Below are positions 1-9,915 of a stretch of DNA of 64,000 nt, one piece after another. Made by a program: the position numbers and the translations under genes. Every line of letters begins with the position of its first letter. The stretch's first letter is position 1. Location: positions 248,001-312,000 of IMG/VR virus record IMGVR_UViG_3300040801_001224; one strand, given 5' to 3'. The notes beneath the pieces were generated by a model. It was not told the DNA's origin. It made no database searches and saw nothing but the letters and a program-made list of their open reading frames with translations.

Positions 1-2
1 TG

Positions 3-155
3 GCCACAGGTTTCAATGTTGGCATGAATTATGGCGAATCTGCTGGCCAGACTGTTCCATATCCACATATACACTTAATTCCACGTAGAGATGGTGATAC
101 TGAAAACCCACGTGGTGGGATCCGTAACTGTATTCCAGGCAAGGGAGATTATTAA
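3..155 (+). CDS. HIT family hydrolase, C-terminal part (runs off window start)
   Basis: Hand translation ...GQTVPYPHIHLIPRRDGD...*, HIT HxHxHxx-type motif. Confidence 0.85.
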   Translation, partial: ATGFNVGMNYGESAGQTVPYPHIHLIPRRDGDTENPRGGIRNCIPGKGDY

Positions 156-334
156 TGTCAGAACCCAGGACATTTGACCATGAAGGTGGCACTGGTATTA
201 GTGCTTCTCCCATGTTAGCAAAGAAAGTTGCCGTATCTATTACGGAAGAACAAGCAAGGGAGTTGCTTGGGTTAGTTGATAGGGTAGCCGAATTAGAAAG
301 ACGAGTTAAGGAGCTATCTGATGAAAAGAGTTGA
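155..334 (+). CDS. hypothetical protein, 59 aa
   Basis: ATG overlaps HIT stop; open frame MSEPRTF...DEKS*; below ORF-track cutoff. Confidence 0.65.
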   Translation: MSEPRTFDHEGGTGISASPMLAKKVAVSITEEQARELLGLVDRVAELERRVKELSDEKS

Positions 335-560
335 GCGTTGGGCACCGGTATTTCTAATACTGCCTAAGAAAATATTAGGAGAATGGTATTGGCTCAGACG
401 TGTGATGCGTAAGGGTAATGTTTATATGACTGAAAAAGACTATTTGGGTATGGTTGAATCTCAAGAGCCAACTAAAGAGGATATATCAAAATTGTATCCG
501 TACACTGCGGATGACATATTAGAAATGGAGGACGATGATGAGTGTGAACAAAGACAATAG
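321..560 (+). CDS. hypothetical protein
   Basis: ORF track; coupled overlaps with neighbours. Confidence 0.6.
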   Translation: MKRVERWAPVFLILPKKILGEWYWLRRVMRKGNVYMTEKDYLGMVESQEPTKEDISKLYPYTADDILEMEDDDECEQRQ

Positions 561-945
561 TCTTGAAGCTATCAGAAAGAAAATCAAAGATTTCAATAAG
601 AAGTATAGTGAAGAACGTACAACTTGGGCATCAAGCGGAACAAATACTGATCCATTTGGCCTAGGATCTGGCGGTAACGCTGGTTGGCCATATGGTAATG
701 ATCCTTATATAGGATATCCACAGTATCCAGGGAACAGTGGATGGGATAGTTCAGGAACCGGAACTGTTGATATGACTGCCCTTCAACTCACACAGATCAT
801 GGCACGCCTAGACGCTATTGAAAAACGTTTGAGGATTATGGAAGATGCTGATCCAGATCTAGTGGAAGCACTCAAGGAAGCTTATGACCATTATAAATTC
901 ATTGAAAAACTTTGTGAAGATTCCCTGGCGGGGAGGGAAGACTAA
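535..945 (+). CDS. hypothetical protein with Gly/Pro-rich linker and C-terminal coiled coil
   Basis: ORF track; operon context. Confidence 0.65.
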   Translation: MMSVNKDNSLEAIRKKIKDFNKKYSEERTTWASSGTNTDPFGLGSGGNAGWPYGNDPYIGYPQYPGNSGWDSSGTGTVDMTALQLTQIMARLDAIEKRLRIMEDADPDLVEALKEAYDHYKFIEKLCEDSLAGRED

Positions 946-946
946 C

Positions 947-1393
947 ATGTCAGCCAAGCAATCTAGATATACTGTATTGGGACAAAATACTTGGAATAGT
1001 AGCAATAGCGGCACTGTAACAATAAATACAGGAACAACTACACCAGCCGGAACTGTATCTATCGGCACTACTAGTCAAAGACATCTGGCGATAGAGCCAA
1101 AAGATGATGAAGATAAGTTTTTTGAAAAACTGGGTGGCGGAGAATTAGCCTTAGAGATTTTGTCCTTTGATTTTGATCTAGTTAATAAAACAGCTAGGAT
1201 GGTATGTAGCTCAGCTAATAATATCGATATTGAATTATTTGTTGAAAGACTGGAAGGTTACAATGTTATTATGGGTGGGAATGTGATGGGTATTGATAAA
1301 GTGACAAGCGCATCGGCTAGGACAACAACATCAATATACGATGAAATAGAATGGACAATTGAATTTAAATATAACATTGACAAGCCACGTTAA
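947..1393 (+). CDS. hypothetical protein
   Basis: ORF 884..1393; ATG 947 follows upstream stop and GGGAGG. Confidence 0.65.
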   Translation: MSAKQSRYTVLGQNTWNSSNSGTVTINTGTTTPAGTVSIGTTSQRHLAIEPKDDEDKFFEKLGGGELALEILSFDFDLVNKTARMVCSSANNIDIELFVERLEGYNVIMGGNVMGIDKVTSASARTTTSIYDEIEWTIEFKYNIDKPR

Positions 1394-1426
1394 CATATGT
1401 TATAATACGCTATTAATGGAGAAAGT

Positions 1427-2344
1427 ATGAACAAGCATTATTATTCAGAAATATTTAGAAGTCTACAAGGCGAAGGCACATACACTGGTGCTAACAGCTT
1501 GTGGATTCGTTGGTTTCATTGTAACCTACAGTGTGACGGATTTGGACAAGATGATCCCACTAATCCAGACAGTTATGAACTACCCTACAAAGACTATGAT
1601 TTGATCAACACAAAGACAGTTGAAGATTTGCCAGTATTTGACAAAGGCTGTGATAGCTCATACACATGGAGTAAAAAGTACAAGCACTTAATGGCACACG
1701 AAGATGCGGTAACTATTGTTGACAAGCTAGAAGACACACTACGTGGCCCAGGTAATCCAAATGGCACGTTCCTACATCCAGTCAGTCATCAGGAAACCCA
1801 TATGTGTTTTACCGGTGGTGAGCCCATGCTTAAAAAGAATCAATTAGCTATTGTGGAAACAATGGAAGAGTTTGCTAAAAGACGCAATGCTCCACGTTTT
1901 GTGACTGTTGAAACTAATGGTACACAGAAACTTACAGATGATATGCTCAAACTTATAGGCGGGCATAACAGTTTATTTCCTTCAGGCACTACTAGTGAAT
2001 GGTTCTGGAGTGTTAGTCCTAAGTTATTTACAACATCGGGTGAAGAACGGAAGAAAGCAATTAAGCCAGAAGTTTTAGCTCAATATGCGGAGATAAGTAA
2101 TAGAGGACACTTAAAGTACGTTGTTAATGGTAGCAATGCTACGTGGCGTGAAGTGGATGAAGTAACGGCAATGTTTCGTGAAGTTGGCGTAACGTGGCCG
2201 GTATTCATTATGCCTGTTGGCGCAACTAAAGAATCGCAGGAAGGCAAGCATATTGCTGAGATATGTGATGAAGCACTGGCACGTGGGTTTAACGTTAGTG
2301 GTCGTCTCCACGCTTACATATACGGGAACGTTATCGGCACGTAA
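1427..2344 (+). CDS. queE: 7-carboxy-7-deazaguanine synthase-like radical SAM protein
   Basis: YSEIFRSLQGEG, CNLQC..GCDS, FTGGEPML, VETNGTQ, SVSPKL, RLHAYIYGN. Confidence 0.9.
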   Translation: MNKHYYSEIFRSLQGEGTYTGANSLWIRWFHCNLQCDGFGQDDPTNPDSYELPYKDYDLINTKTVEDLPVFDKGCDSSYTWSKKYKHLMAHEDAVTIVDKLEDTLRGPGNPNGTFLHPVSHQETHMCFTGGEPMLKKNQLAIVETMEEFAKRRNAPRFVTVETNGTQKLTDDMLKLIGGHNSLFPSGTTSEWFWSVSPKLFTTSGEERKKAIKPEVLAQYAEISNRGHLKYVVNGSNATWREVDEVTAMFREVGVTWPVFIMPVGATKESQEGKHIAEICDEALARGFNVSGRLHAYIYGNVIGT

Positions 2345-2355
2345 AATAAGGGAAT

Positions 2356-2604
2356 ATGATGGACGTACAAAAAATAAATATAGAGCTAGACGGTAGATTA
2401 GAAACAGGACCAATTAAGATTGGTGATGACTGGACTGGCATACATATACGTGGCGATGACGCTCTAGCAACGGCCATGTATTTACGTGAAGGATTACGTA
2501 ACAGTGAAGTAAGTGACCCAATACTTGAAAATATGATATTATCTCACATCAAGTTATTGGAGTCATGCGTAGAGGGAGAAAATTTTTATGAAGATTCCAT
2601 TTAA
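2356..2604 (+). CDS. hypothetical protein
   Basis: ORF track; AAGGGA SD. Confidence 0.65.
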   Translation: MMDVQKINIELDGRLETGPIKIGDDWTGIHIRGDDALATAMYLREGLRNSEVSDPILENMILSHIKLLESCVEGENFYEDSI

Positions 2605-3199
2605 ATTATTACCTGCGGCATGGGGGCTTAAAGGTAAGTCACGTGAAATAGCAGAAGCAGAATATTACTATACTGGTGAAGAACTGGATCGCAAGTTAGC
2701 TGATATCAATAACAGCGAAGGACAACAACGTGATCTAGCACACCTAGCACTAGACCTAAAGTACGGGAAAATTGATCTATTGGATCATGATGAAAAGTAC
2801 ATTGAACTAACAGCAAGTCCAGAAAGCAAGGCTTATAAGTTGGAAATGGCACGTATAGCTCATGCTCGTGGTAAAACCACTGATAATGAATATGAAAAAG
2901 AAGTAGCGACAATCAATGAAAAAGGCTGGGTCAACACTAAAGTTGATTCTGAAAACTATGCGTTTGAATTCGATTGGAATGAATATTTTATCGCAGAGCT
3001 AGAAGAAGCTGGTTTTGGTCCTGCTCCTAAAGAAGAGCAGATTGTAGAAGAATGGTTTAACGCCCTATGTAAAGATATTGCGCTAGACGCATTCCAGGGT
3101 GACGGTTCTATTGAAGATTTAGAAGATCAAGAAAAGGACCGCAAAGCAAATTTAGTCAACGTCGATGACTTAGGCGACGGAAGGAAGTCAGTAAGTTGA
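2588..3199 (+). CDS. hypothetical acidic phage protein
   Basis: ORF track, 203 aa. Confidence 0.7.
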   Translation: MKIPFKLLPAAWGLKGKSREIAEAEYYYTGEELDRKLADINNSEGQQRDLAHLALDLKYGKIDLLDHDEKYIELTASPESKAYKLEMARIAHARGKTTDNEYEKEVATINEKGWVNTKVDSENYAFEFDWNEYFIAELEEAGFGPAPKEEQIVEEWFNALCKDIALDAFQGDGSIEDLEDQEKDRKANLVNVDDLGDGRKSVS

Positions 3200-3340
3200 G
3201 TTTAAGTTTAATCGCACTTAAGGTCGTTATAGTGGCCTTATGTTGGTATAAATCTAGTAAACTTTTTAGAGAAAACGATTCACGCTGGTCTTGGTTTGCC
3301 TTGGCTGGCTTAGCGACATTAATCATATAAAGGAAAACTA

Positions 3341-4369
3341 ATGAGTAACACATATTTAATAGTAGACGTCCATAATTTGTTTCACAGATCCAAGCATTCG
3401 ACACGTGGTGATGTTGATACTAAAATTGGCATGGCATTTCATATCATGTTCATGTCATTACGTAAGATGTGGAAAAAGTTTGACGCGACACACATTATTT
3501 TCGCTAACGAAGGCAAGAGTTGGCGTTACACTGAAAGTCCAGAGTACAAACTAAATCGTAAGGTGGATCGTGCCGCAAAGACTGAGTTAGAGCAAGAAGA
3601 AGACACAATTATGTTTGAAGCTCTAGACGATTTAATTAATTTCCTGGACACAAAGACAAACGCATCTGTAGTACGTTGCCCTACAGCAGAAGCAGATGAT
3701 GTTATCGCGGTATGGACACAAGCACACCCGGATGACAACCACGTTATCATTAGTAGTGACTCAGACTTTGTCCAATTACTTGCTGATAACGTTAGTATTT
3801 ATGATGGTGTTAACGGACGTCTACTAAAGAAAGATGGCGTTTACAATGACAAGGACAGCAAACTAGAATTTACAATTAAGAGTGATAGCAAGATTAAAGT
3901 TGGTAAAACTAATCCAAATTTTGTCCCTGAACGTCCTGATTGGTATGAGTTCTCACTGTTCATTAAGTGTATACGTGGTGATAAGTCAGATAACGTATTT
4001 CCAGCATATCCAGGCGCAAGACTAAAAGGTACAAAGAATAAAATTGGTATAACAGAAGCATATGAAGACCGCAAAGAGAAAGGCTGGAACTTTAATAATT
4101 TCATGCTACAGAAATGGGTCGATCACAACGGTAATGAAATTCGTGTTAAAGACAAGTTTGAGCAGAACCGAAAGCTAATTGACTTAACGCTACAGCCAGA
4201 CAACGTTAAAGTAGATATTGCTGAAAGTATTGTAGAAAGCACTACAAAGCCGGTAGTGGGCCAAGTGGGTATTCACTTCTTAAAGTTTTGTTCACGTTGG
4301 AATCTAGTGAAGCTTTCCGAGTATCCGGATGACTTTGCTAATATGCTTAATGCCAAGTATGTCGATTAA
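3341..4369 (+). CDS. rnh: T4 RNase H-like 5'-3' exonuclease (FEN-like PIN fold)
   Basis: LIVDVHNLFHR, YKLNR, EADDVIA, ISSDSDFVQL, GDKSDNV motifs. Confidence 0.9.
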   Translation: MSNTYLIVDVHNLFHRSKHSTRGDVDTKIGMAFHIMFMSLRKMWKKFDATHIIFANEGKSWRYTESPEYKLNRKVDRAAKTELEQEEDTIMFEALDDLINFLDTKTNASVVRCPTAEADDVIAVWTQAHPDDNHVIISSDSDFVQLLADNVSIYDGVNGRLLKKDGVYNDKDSKLEFTIKSDSKIKVGKTNPNFVPERPDWYEFSLFIKCIRGDKSDNVFPAYPGARLKGTKNKIGITEAYEDRKEKGWNFNNFMLQKWVDHNGNEIRVKDKFEQNRKLIDLTLQPDNVKVDIAESIVESTTKPVVGQVGIHFLKFCSRWNLVKLSEYPDDFANMLNAKYVD

Positions 4370-4616
4370 GCTCAATACTTTCTACGATGACTTAACCGAA
4401 CAAGATGTAGCTTATCTGTTATTAAGATATGATACGTGTAAATACACAATTGATTATCACGACAGACTGGAAACGCTACTAATAAATTTTGATGAACCTA
4501 AGTCGTGGCCCGCACTATTTAGGTTTGATGATAACGGGCGCATCAGGTATGGTGTGTTTGAATCTAAAAAAGATATACAAATGGGATTTATCGAACGCAA
4601 TACAAGGAGAGATTAA
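4359..4616 (+). CDS. hypothetical protein
   Basis: ORF 4329..4616; ATG 4359 overlaps rnh end. Confidence 0.55.
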   Translation: MSIKLNTFYDDLTEQDVAYLLLRYDTCKYTIDYHDRLETLLINFDEPKSWPALFRFDDNGRIRYGVFESKKDIQMGFIERNTRRD

Positions 4617-5101
4617 TGTTTCGATTGAAGGAAGTAACTGACAATTCATGGTTGGTACAGGGTGACGATAGCAGTTACCTAGGTTTATTGTCTGAGTACA
4701 ACGACCAGTTAACGCTAATCATCCAGGATGCTGATCGCAATAGAGCTACGTTTGCTAGTCGCGAAGAAGCAGAACAGATGTTAGGTGAAGGTATTTTTGA
4801 TAATACCATCACAGTTCAAGAGCGCAACAAGGAAAGTTATGTGAACGGTTATCCGGTAAATTATGGCGAACCTCACCAGATTGATTCCGGTGATACAGAC
4901 TTGCCACTATACACTAAGACACCAACAAGTAAGGTGCCTTATTGTGCTGGACATTACATTATACATTTCCCTAAGAGCCCACTCACAGCATATTGCCCTA
5001 AACTAGCAACATTAGAAGAGCATGGTTTTGACGGCCCTTTTAAGACTGAGATGGAAATGAAGACATTCTTACGCCAATTAAAAATGAACTATCCAAATTA
5101 A
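4616..5101 (+). CDS. hypothetical protein
   Basis: ORF track; AGGAG SD. Confidence 0.7.
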   Translation: MFRLKEVTDNSWLVQGDDSSYLGLLSEYNDQLTLIIQDADRNRATFASREEAEQMLGEGIFDNTITVQERNKESYVNGYPVNYGEPHQIDSGDTDLPLYTKTPTSKVPYCAGHYIIHFPKSPLTAYCPKLATLEEHGFDGPFKTEMEMKTFLRQLKMNYPN

Positions 5102-5163
5102 CGTGTGTTTTAATTTATTTATGATAAATAAATAATATACGTTGTTAATAAAGGCAGACACAC

Positions 5164-5466
5164 ATGGCAAGACCAAAACCGAATATTTTGCTTGAGAATC
5201 TTGATAAGAAGACTTATAAAGCAGAACAAATACTTGAAGCAGATGCTGTATATGCGGTATTCTATCAGGGTAAGGCAATTAACTTGCGATCGCTAAACAA
5301 GTTAGTGAGCTACCCTGGCCCTAAGTATAAGAAGGTAAGTTTTGCCAATAAAGGATCTGCCTTCAACCTTGCTGACAAATTAAACGCAATGTTTCAAACA
5401 GATGAGTTCGAAGTGTTTATGTTAGTCAAGGGGGATAAAATCGTAGAACATGAACAAGATTCGTGA
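5164..5466 (+). CDS. hypothetical basic protein
   Basis: ORF track; GATAAATA upstream. Confidence 0.7.
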   Translation: MARPKPNILLENLDKKTYKAEQILEADAVYAVFYQGKAINLRSLNKLVSYPGPKYKKVSFANKGSAFNLADKLNAMFQTDEFEVFMLVKGDKIVEHEQDS

Positions 5467-5797
5467 AAAAATAGTTGACACTATATACGAGAACAACAAA
5501 GGTAAGTTTGATAGAAAGGACGTAGAAAACTTAGTATTCCTTAGACCGGACACAATACGTTTAAGGTATCATGGATTTATGTTACTGAAACGTTTGTTTG
5601 ATACATACACATTTCCTATAGATCCAGAACATCCAAAGCCGGCATTATATGCTAGAGACCTATTACACTTACACAGAGAGATGAAGTTTCCATATTACAT
5701 TTCTAAAACTGACATCCATTTGTTCAGTGAACAGGATGCTTTCATTATTAAAATATATGGGAACATAAGGACCTGGCTCGATAGTTTCGATAAATAG
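5450..5797 (+). CDS. hypothetical protein
   Basis: ORF track; overlap coupling. Confidence 0.7.
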   Translation: MNKIREKIVDTIYENNKGKFDRKDVENLVFLRPDTIRLRYHGFMLLKRLFDTYTFPIDPEHPKPALYARDLLHLHREMKFPYYISKTDIHLFSEQDAFIIKIYGNIRTWLDSFDK

Positions 5798-5816
5798 GTT
5801 TATGAGGGAGTAACTA

Positions 5817-7694
5817 ATGATTAAAACAGACATAAATGAGGCAGTTAACCTGCACTGTTTATTGAGTGTTACAGATGAGAATGGCATTATTATTGACGCC
5901 AATCGGAAGTTCTGCGAAACCACAGGTTACTCTCTCGAAGAAATCAAAGGCCAGAAGCATTCGATGTTTAAATCGAACCAGCATCCCAAAGCGTTTTACG
6001 AGGATTTATGGAAAACAATATCCACCGGCAACATATGGCAATCTGAGATATGTGACCTAAATAAAGCTGGTGAAGAATGGTGGGCTGAGACTACAATCCT
6101 CCCTCAAATGGATGAGCATGGCAAAATATATCAATATGTGTCAGTTAAAACTCATATAAGAAAACCAACCGCAGAATCTCCTCATCTGCCCAGAAATATC
6201 ATTCGTGATGTTTCAAATGAAATAGTATTATTCAATGAAGATACACTTAGAATCGTTGACGTTAATGCTAAGGTTTGCTGTAACACTGGTTACGTTGAAG
6301 ATGGTGAATTTGAAAAGTTAACACTCCTGGATATCCTTAGCGAGTATGACAACGATGGCATACAAGAAATAGTTTCAAAAGCAAAGTATAGAAATGAAAC
6401 AGTGGAATTTGAGACTGTCGTAGAAAGGAAAGACGGTACATATTATGATGCTCTTGTGAGAGTTCAAAACTACCAAAAAGAAGATAACAATACGTTTGTC
6501 GCTTCTATTAAAGACCTAACACAACAAAAAAAGCATGAAATGGAAATAAGCCAAGCTAAGAAGATGGAAGTACTCAGTGAGGTAACAAGCAACATTGCTC
6601 ATGACTTCAACAATCTTCTTGCCACTATACTTGGTTTTAATAAGCTAATTGAGATGCAGAGTATCAGTGGTGAGTTTGACCGCAATAAAATATTAAATTA
6701 TTCAAAGAATATTGTTGACGCAGGAAATAAATCAAAAGAACTAGTTGCTAGTATGGTTGAGTTCTCTAAGAAAGCTGACAGAGACATGACCAAATACAAA
6801 CTATACGAACTGTCTGGACTAGTTGAAGAATCACTTGATCTGTTGAGTGCTGTACTGCCTAGCGATATCACGCTATCAAAGAAACTTGATTCTAACTTAC
6901 ACGTAAAAACCAATAACATCAAATTACACCAGATTATCATGAATCTATGCTTGAACGCCAAAGACGCTATTGATCAAACTGATGGCACAATTGAAGTTGG
7001 CGTTAGAATATATACTGATGAAATAGACAAATGTACCTCATGTAGAGAAAACTTACAGGGATCTTACATTGAGTTATATGTCAAAGACAACGGCAAGGGG
7101 ATAAGTCAAGAAAAACTAAAAGATATATTCAAGCCATATTATACAACAAAGTCTGATTTGAATGGTACTGGGACAGGCCTTTCTACTGTACATAAAATTA
7201 TGCACGAACATGAAGGACACATAGTAGTTAAGTCTATTCCTCAGGTAGGAAGTGTGTTCAGCATGTTATTCCCGTTTGTCGAACAGCCAGCACATGAAAA
7301 TGATGAAGAGACTGAATATAAACCAATGCCAGGCGGTGGTCGACAACTTCTCATTGTTGATGATCAACCAGCATTAGGACTATTCCTGCAAGATCTCACA
7401 AAGGAACATGGTTATGAGCCAATATATTTTCAGGACGGCAACCAAGCCTATGATTACTATGTTGGCCACCATAACGAAATTTCAGCAGTTATTACTGACA
7501 TGGGTATGCCAGGTATGAATGGCGTCGAGCTCGTAAAGAAAATATTTGAAATTACATCAGACCCGAAGGTTATTGTATGTTCAGGCAATGTTGCTCAGAT
7601 TGACTTCAATGAATTGCCTAAAACCTGTGCTGTGCTACCAAAGCCCATTAACATCAGTGACTTCTTCCAGGAACTTGACAGTTTAATCTATTGA
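5817..7694 (+). CDS. cytoplasmic hybrid sensor histidine kinase (PAS-PAS-HisKA-HATPase-REC)
   Basis: PAS NRKFCETTGYSLEEIKG; H-box AHDFNNLL; N-box QIIMNLCLNAKDA; DNGKGI; YTTK..GTGTGL; receiver IVDDQ, TDMGMPGMNG, PKP. Confidence 0.95.
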   Translation: MIKTDINEAVNLHCLLSVTDENGIIIDANRKFCETTGYSLEEIKGQKHSMFKSNQHPKAFYEDLWKTISTGNIWQSEICDLNKAGEEWWAETTILPQMDEHGKIYQYVSVKTHIRKPTAESPHLPRNIIRDVSNEIVLFNEDTLRIVDVNAKVCCNTGYVEDGEFEKLTLLDILSEYDNDGIQEIVSKAKYRNETVEFETVVERKDGTYYDALVRVQNYQKEDNNTFVASIKDLTQQKKHEMEISQAKKMEVLSEVTSNIAHDFNNLLATILGFNKLIEMQSISGEFDRNKILNYSKNIVDAGNKSKELVASMVEFSKKADRDMTKYKLYELSGLVEESLDLLSAVLPSDITLSKKLDSNLHVKTNNIKLHQIIMNLCLNAKDAIDQTDGTIEVGVRIYTDEIDKCTSCRENLQGSYIELYVKDNGKGISQEKLKDIFKPYYTTKSDLNGTGTGLSTVHKIMHEHEGHIVVKSIPQVGSVFSMLFPFVEQPAHENDEETEYKPMPGGGRQLLIVDDQPALGLFLQDLTKEHGYEPIYFQDGNQAYDYYVGHHNEISAVITDMGMPGMNGVELVKKIFEITSDPKVIVCSGNVAQIDFNELPKTCAVLPKPINISDFFQELDSLIY

Positions 7695-7719
7695 CACCAC
7701 CACTTTTCTTTGTTATAAT
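7691..7719 (+). promoter_or_regulatory. sigma70-type early promoter with CCAC box
   Basis: TTGACA-17-TATAAT. Confidence 0.85.
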
Positions 7720-7725
7720 GTACGT

Positions 7726-7950
7726 ATGAATTATGATACGTTTGTAACAGAAGTTAAGAAGCTTGGTGTTAAAAAACTCCTAAAAGAGGTCACTGAGTAT
7801 GTCGGTATATCCCCCACACAACAACGCTACGCCGAGTACAAAGGACAGCTCGTGGGCGCATACAGTCCAGCACAAGGCGGGGTCATATTTAAAAAGCCAC
7901 CTAACCGTTGGTCAAAGAGTGGCCGCAAATTTGAGGATGTTGATATCTAA
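7726..7950 (+). CDS. hypothetical protein
   Basis: ORF track; directly after promoter. Confidence 0.7.
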   Translation: MNYDTFVTEVKKLGVKKLLKEVTEYVGISPTQQRYAEYKGQLVGAYSPAQGGVIFKKPPNRWSKSGRKFEDVDI

Positions 7951-8300
7951 TGCTAGTCTCTAAAAAAGATACAATGAAAAAAATCACTGCTCGGTGGCCT
8001 AAAGAACCAACCAATAAAATTCGAGCCATCAAAGCCGTGCGGTCTATAGCCGATGTTAACTTAAAGGACGCAAAGAATTGGATTGAAAACAATCGTGTCG
8101 ACTCAGTATCAGGTTGGGTTGAATCACATCGAGTAGAAGACATTAAAAATTTAGTGTTAAGTAGTGGCGGTGATTGCGTATCAAACTCACAATTTGACAA
8201 ATATCGGGACGACATCAAAGAAATAGCTATGGCCGCCATGCTTGCCGACGATACTGAAGTAGCTGAAGAAATACTTAATTTTATAAATAAGTTCAGTTAA
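7950..8300 (+). CDS. protein with ribosomal bL12 C-terminal-domain-like segment
   Basis: NKIRAIKAVRSIADVNLKDAKNWIE resembles the bL12 CTD signature. Confidence 0.6.
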   Translation: MLVSKKDTMKKITARWPKEPTNKIRAIKAVRSIADVNLKDAKNWIENNRVDSVSGWVESHRVEDIKNLVLSSGGDCVSNSQFDKYRDDIKEIAMAAMLADDTEVAEEILNFINKFS

Positions 8301-8759
8301 CTATTGCTTGATAATAGTCTTTACCACGCCTTGGTTAATCTCTGTATTACCTTTGGACTGTACGAAATGTTGCGCTCTAACACGATAGAACTCGCAGTTT
8401 AAAACACCAGCACTAAAACCTTCAATGCTACGTGGACACTGGGTTGCCGGAGAAGTTATTGTAATGTCTATATCAACTGACTCAGCACCATCACGCAATG
8501 ATGCCAATGGATTGGGTTCATCGTCAGGTAATAGATCAAAAGGTTCAGCAACATTCTTTCCGGTGAACGCTTCGTCAATAGTTAGTACTGCGGCCACACC
8601 AGCTTCGGCAGAGTTAAAGCTGATAAAATCATCCTGCATATTACCCGCCATCTTTAATTCTAATGTCGCATTAGTTGCCGCAAATACGCTAATGATTGTT
8701 AAAATAAGTAAGAATAATAGAGCAACTACTAGAGTCGCCCCTTGTTGATTTTGTTTCAT
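8301..8759 (-). CDS. pilX: type IV pilus minor pilin PilX-like protein
   Basis: Prepilin leader QQG|ATLVVALLFLLILTII, LELKMAGNMQD..F..AEAG; GATAAATA box at 8765-8772 on minus strand. Confidence 0.9.
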   Translation of the reverse strand: MKQNQQGATLVVALLFLLILTIISVFAATNATLELKMAGNMQDDFISFNSAEAGVAAVLTIDEAFTGKNVAEPFDLLPDDEPNPLASLRDGAESVDIDITITSPATQCPRSIEGFSAGVLNCEFYRVRAQHFVQSKGNTEINQGVVKTIIKQ

Positions 8760-8780
8760 AGTAGTATTTATCACGCATAC

Positions 8781-8809
8781 TTGACAAGGCCATACTTTTT
8801 TGCTATAAT
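8781..8809 (+). promoter_or_regulatory. sigma70-type early promoter
   Basis: TTGACA-17-TATAAT. Confidence 0.85.
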
Positions 8810-8842
8810 ATATGCTAACAAAAATAAGTGAGTGATTAGTTT

Positions 8843-9469
8843 ATGGATAGAACAGTTATAGGACTCCACGGTTGGGGTAGTACTGGTGAGGGGTCAGCTA
8901 CCCTACAACGTGCGAGAAAATATTTCGATAAAATCGGAGTTGAATTTATCACTCCCACCTACGATTGTACCGATCCAGATGGTACAGCAAAATTACTCTT
9001 GGAAACATTGAAAGACTGTAAGACTATTGATCCATTTATAATGGGTATTAGCTATGGTGGTTTCTGGGCTCGTTGGTTGGCTAACCAAGCCGAAGCGGCT
9101 TCCCTGTTCATGTTGAATCCTGCCCTTGATGCTTATGCTCAAACTAAAAAATATTTAGGCGAGAATAAACATTACGTCACTGGGCTCTCATACTGGTTCA
9201 TCCAGGCACGTAGATTCCAATTAAGAAAATATCAGATAACCGTAGACAAACCATGTATTCCAATGACAGCTATTATTGCGATGGATGATGACATTGTGCC
9301 ACCATTTGTCACAGAAAATATGATAGGTCCGGATCGATGTAACATAGAATACGTTACCGGCGGTCACCGATTAGAAAAACCAGAACTGTGGCTTCCAAAG
9401 TTAGCAGAAGCATTTAACGGATCTAATCCAACAATGAAAAAGTCAGGTGTTTGTCGGAATACAGCTTGA
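8843..9469 (+). CDS. YqiA/YcfP-like alpha/beta hydrolase
   Basis: LHGWGS, GISYGGFWA nucleophile elbow, LNPAL, DDIVP, GGH. Confidence 0.85.
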   Translation: MDRTVIGLHGWGSTGEGSATLQRARKYFDKIGVEFITPTYDCTDPDGTAKLLLETLKDCKTIDPFIMGISYGGFWARWLANQAEAASLFMLNPALDAYAQTKKYLGENKHYVTGLSYWFIQARRFQLRKYQITVDKPCIPMTAIIAMDDDIVPPFVTENMIGPDRCNIEYVTGGHRLEKPELWLPKLAEAFNGSNPTMKKSGVCRNTA

Positions 9470-9494
9470 CAAGACCACATTTTCTTGCTATAAT
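9466..9494 (+). promoter_or_regulatory. sigma70-type early promoter with CCAC box
   Basis: TTGACA-17-TATAAT. Confidence 0.85.
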
Positions 9495-9526
9495 ATGGTT
9501 TTACAACACACTATTGGGAGATAGTT

Positions 9527-9736
9527 ATGGAAGAGTTTAAAACTCTAGTTTTACGTATATTCAGAACTGGCAGTTTAAGTCGTGTATTTAGTGTCACACG
9601 TTTCTTATTCTTGTTAGTTGGTTTTTCAATTGCGGCCGTTTGGTTTGCCTTTGAGAACGTATTCATTTCAATTTTATTCGTATTGGTTGCGTTCGTATTC
9701 TACCGTTATGGACAAATCAAAGGTTACATTAAGTAA
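9527..9736 (+). CDS. small membrane protein
   Basis: two hydrophobic helices; GGGAG SD. Confidence 0.7.
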   Translation: MEEFKTLVLRIFRTGSLSRVFSVTRFLFLLVGFSIAAVWFAFENVFISILFVLVAFVFYRYGQIKGYIK

Positions 9737-9915
9737 TGACCAATTGGAATGGCGTAAGAGTGTATTCAAGAAAAAACCCTGATCAATATTTAGTAAACGC
9801 ACACGATCGCTGGTACTACTATGATTGGGGTTATAAATTGAACGGACCTTACGAATCACAAGAAGAAGCTATTGAAGCACTTCGCAAAGAGTGGGAGTGT
9901 CACAAGGGTGAGTAA
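9736..9915 (+). CDS. hypothetical protein, 59 aa
   Basis: hand translation MTNWNGVR...HKGE*; TAATG coupling. Confidence 0.6.
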   Translation: MTNWNGVRVYSRKNPDQYLVNAHDRWYYYDWGYKLNGPYESQEEAIEALRKEWECHKGE

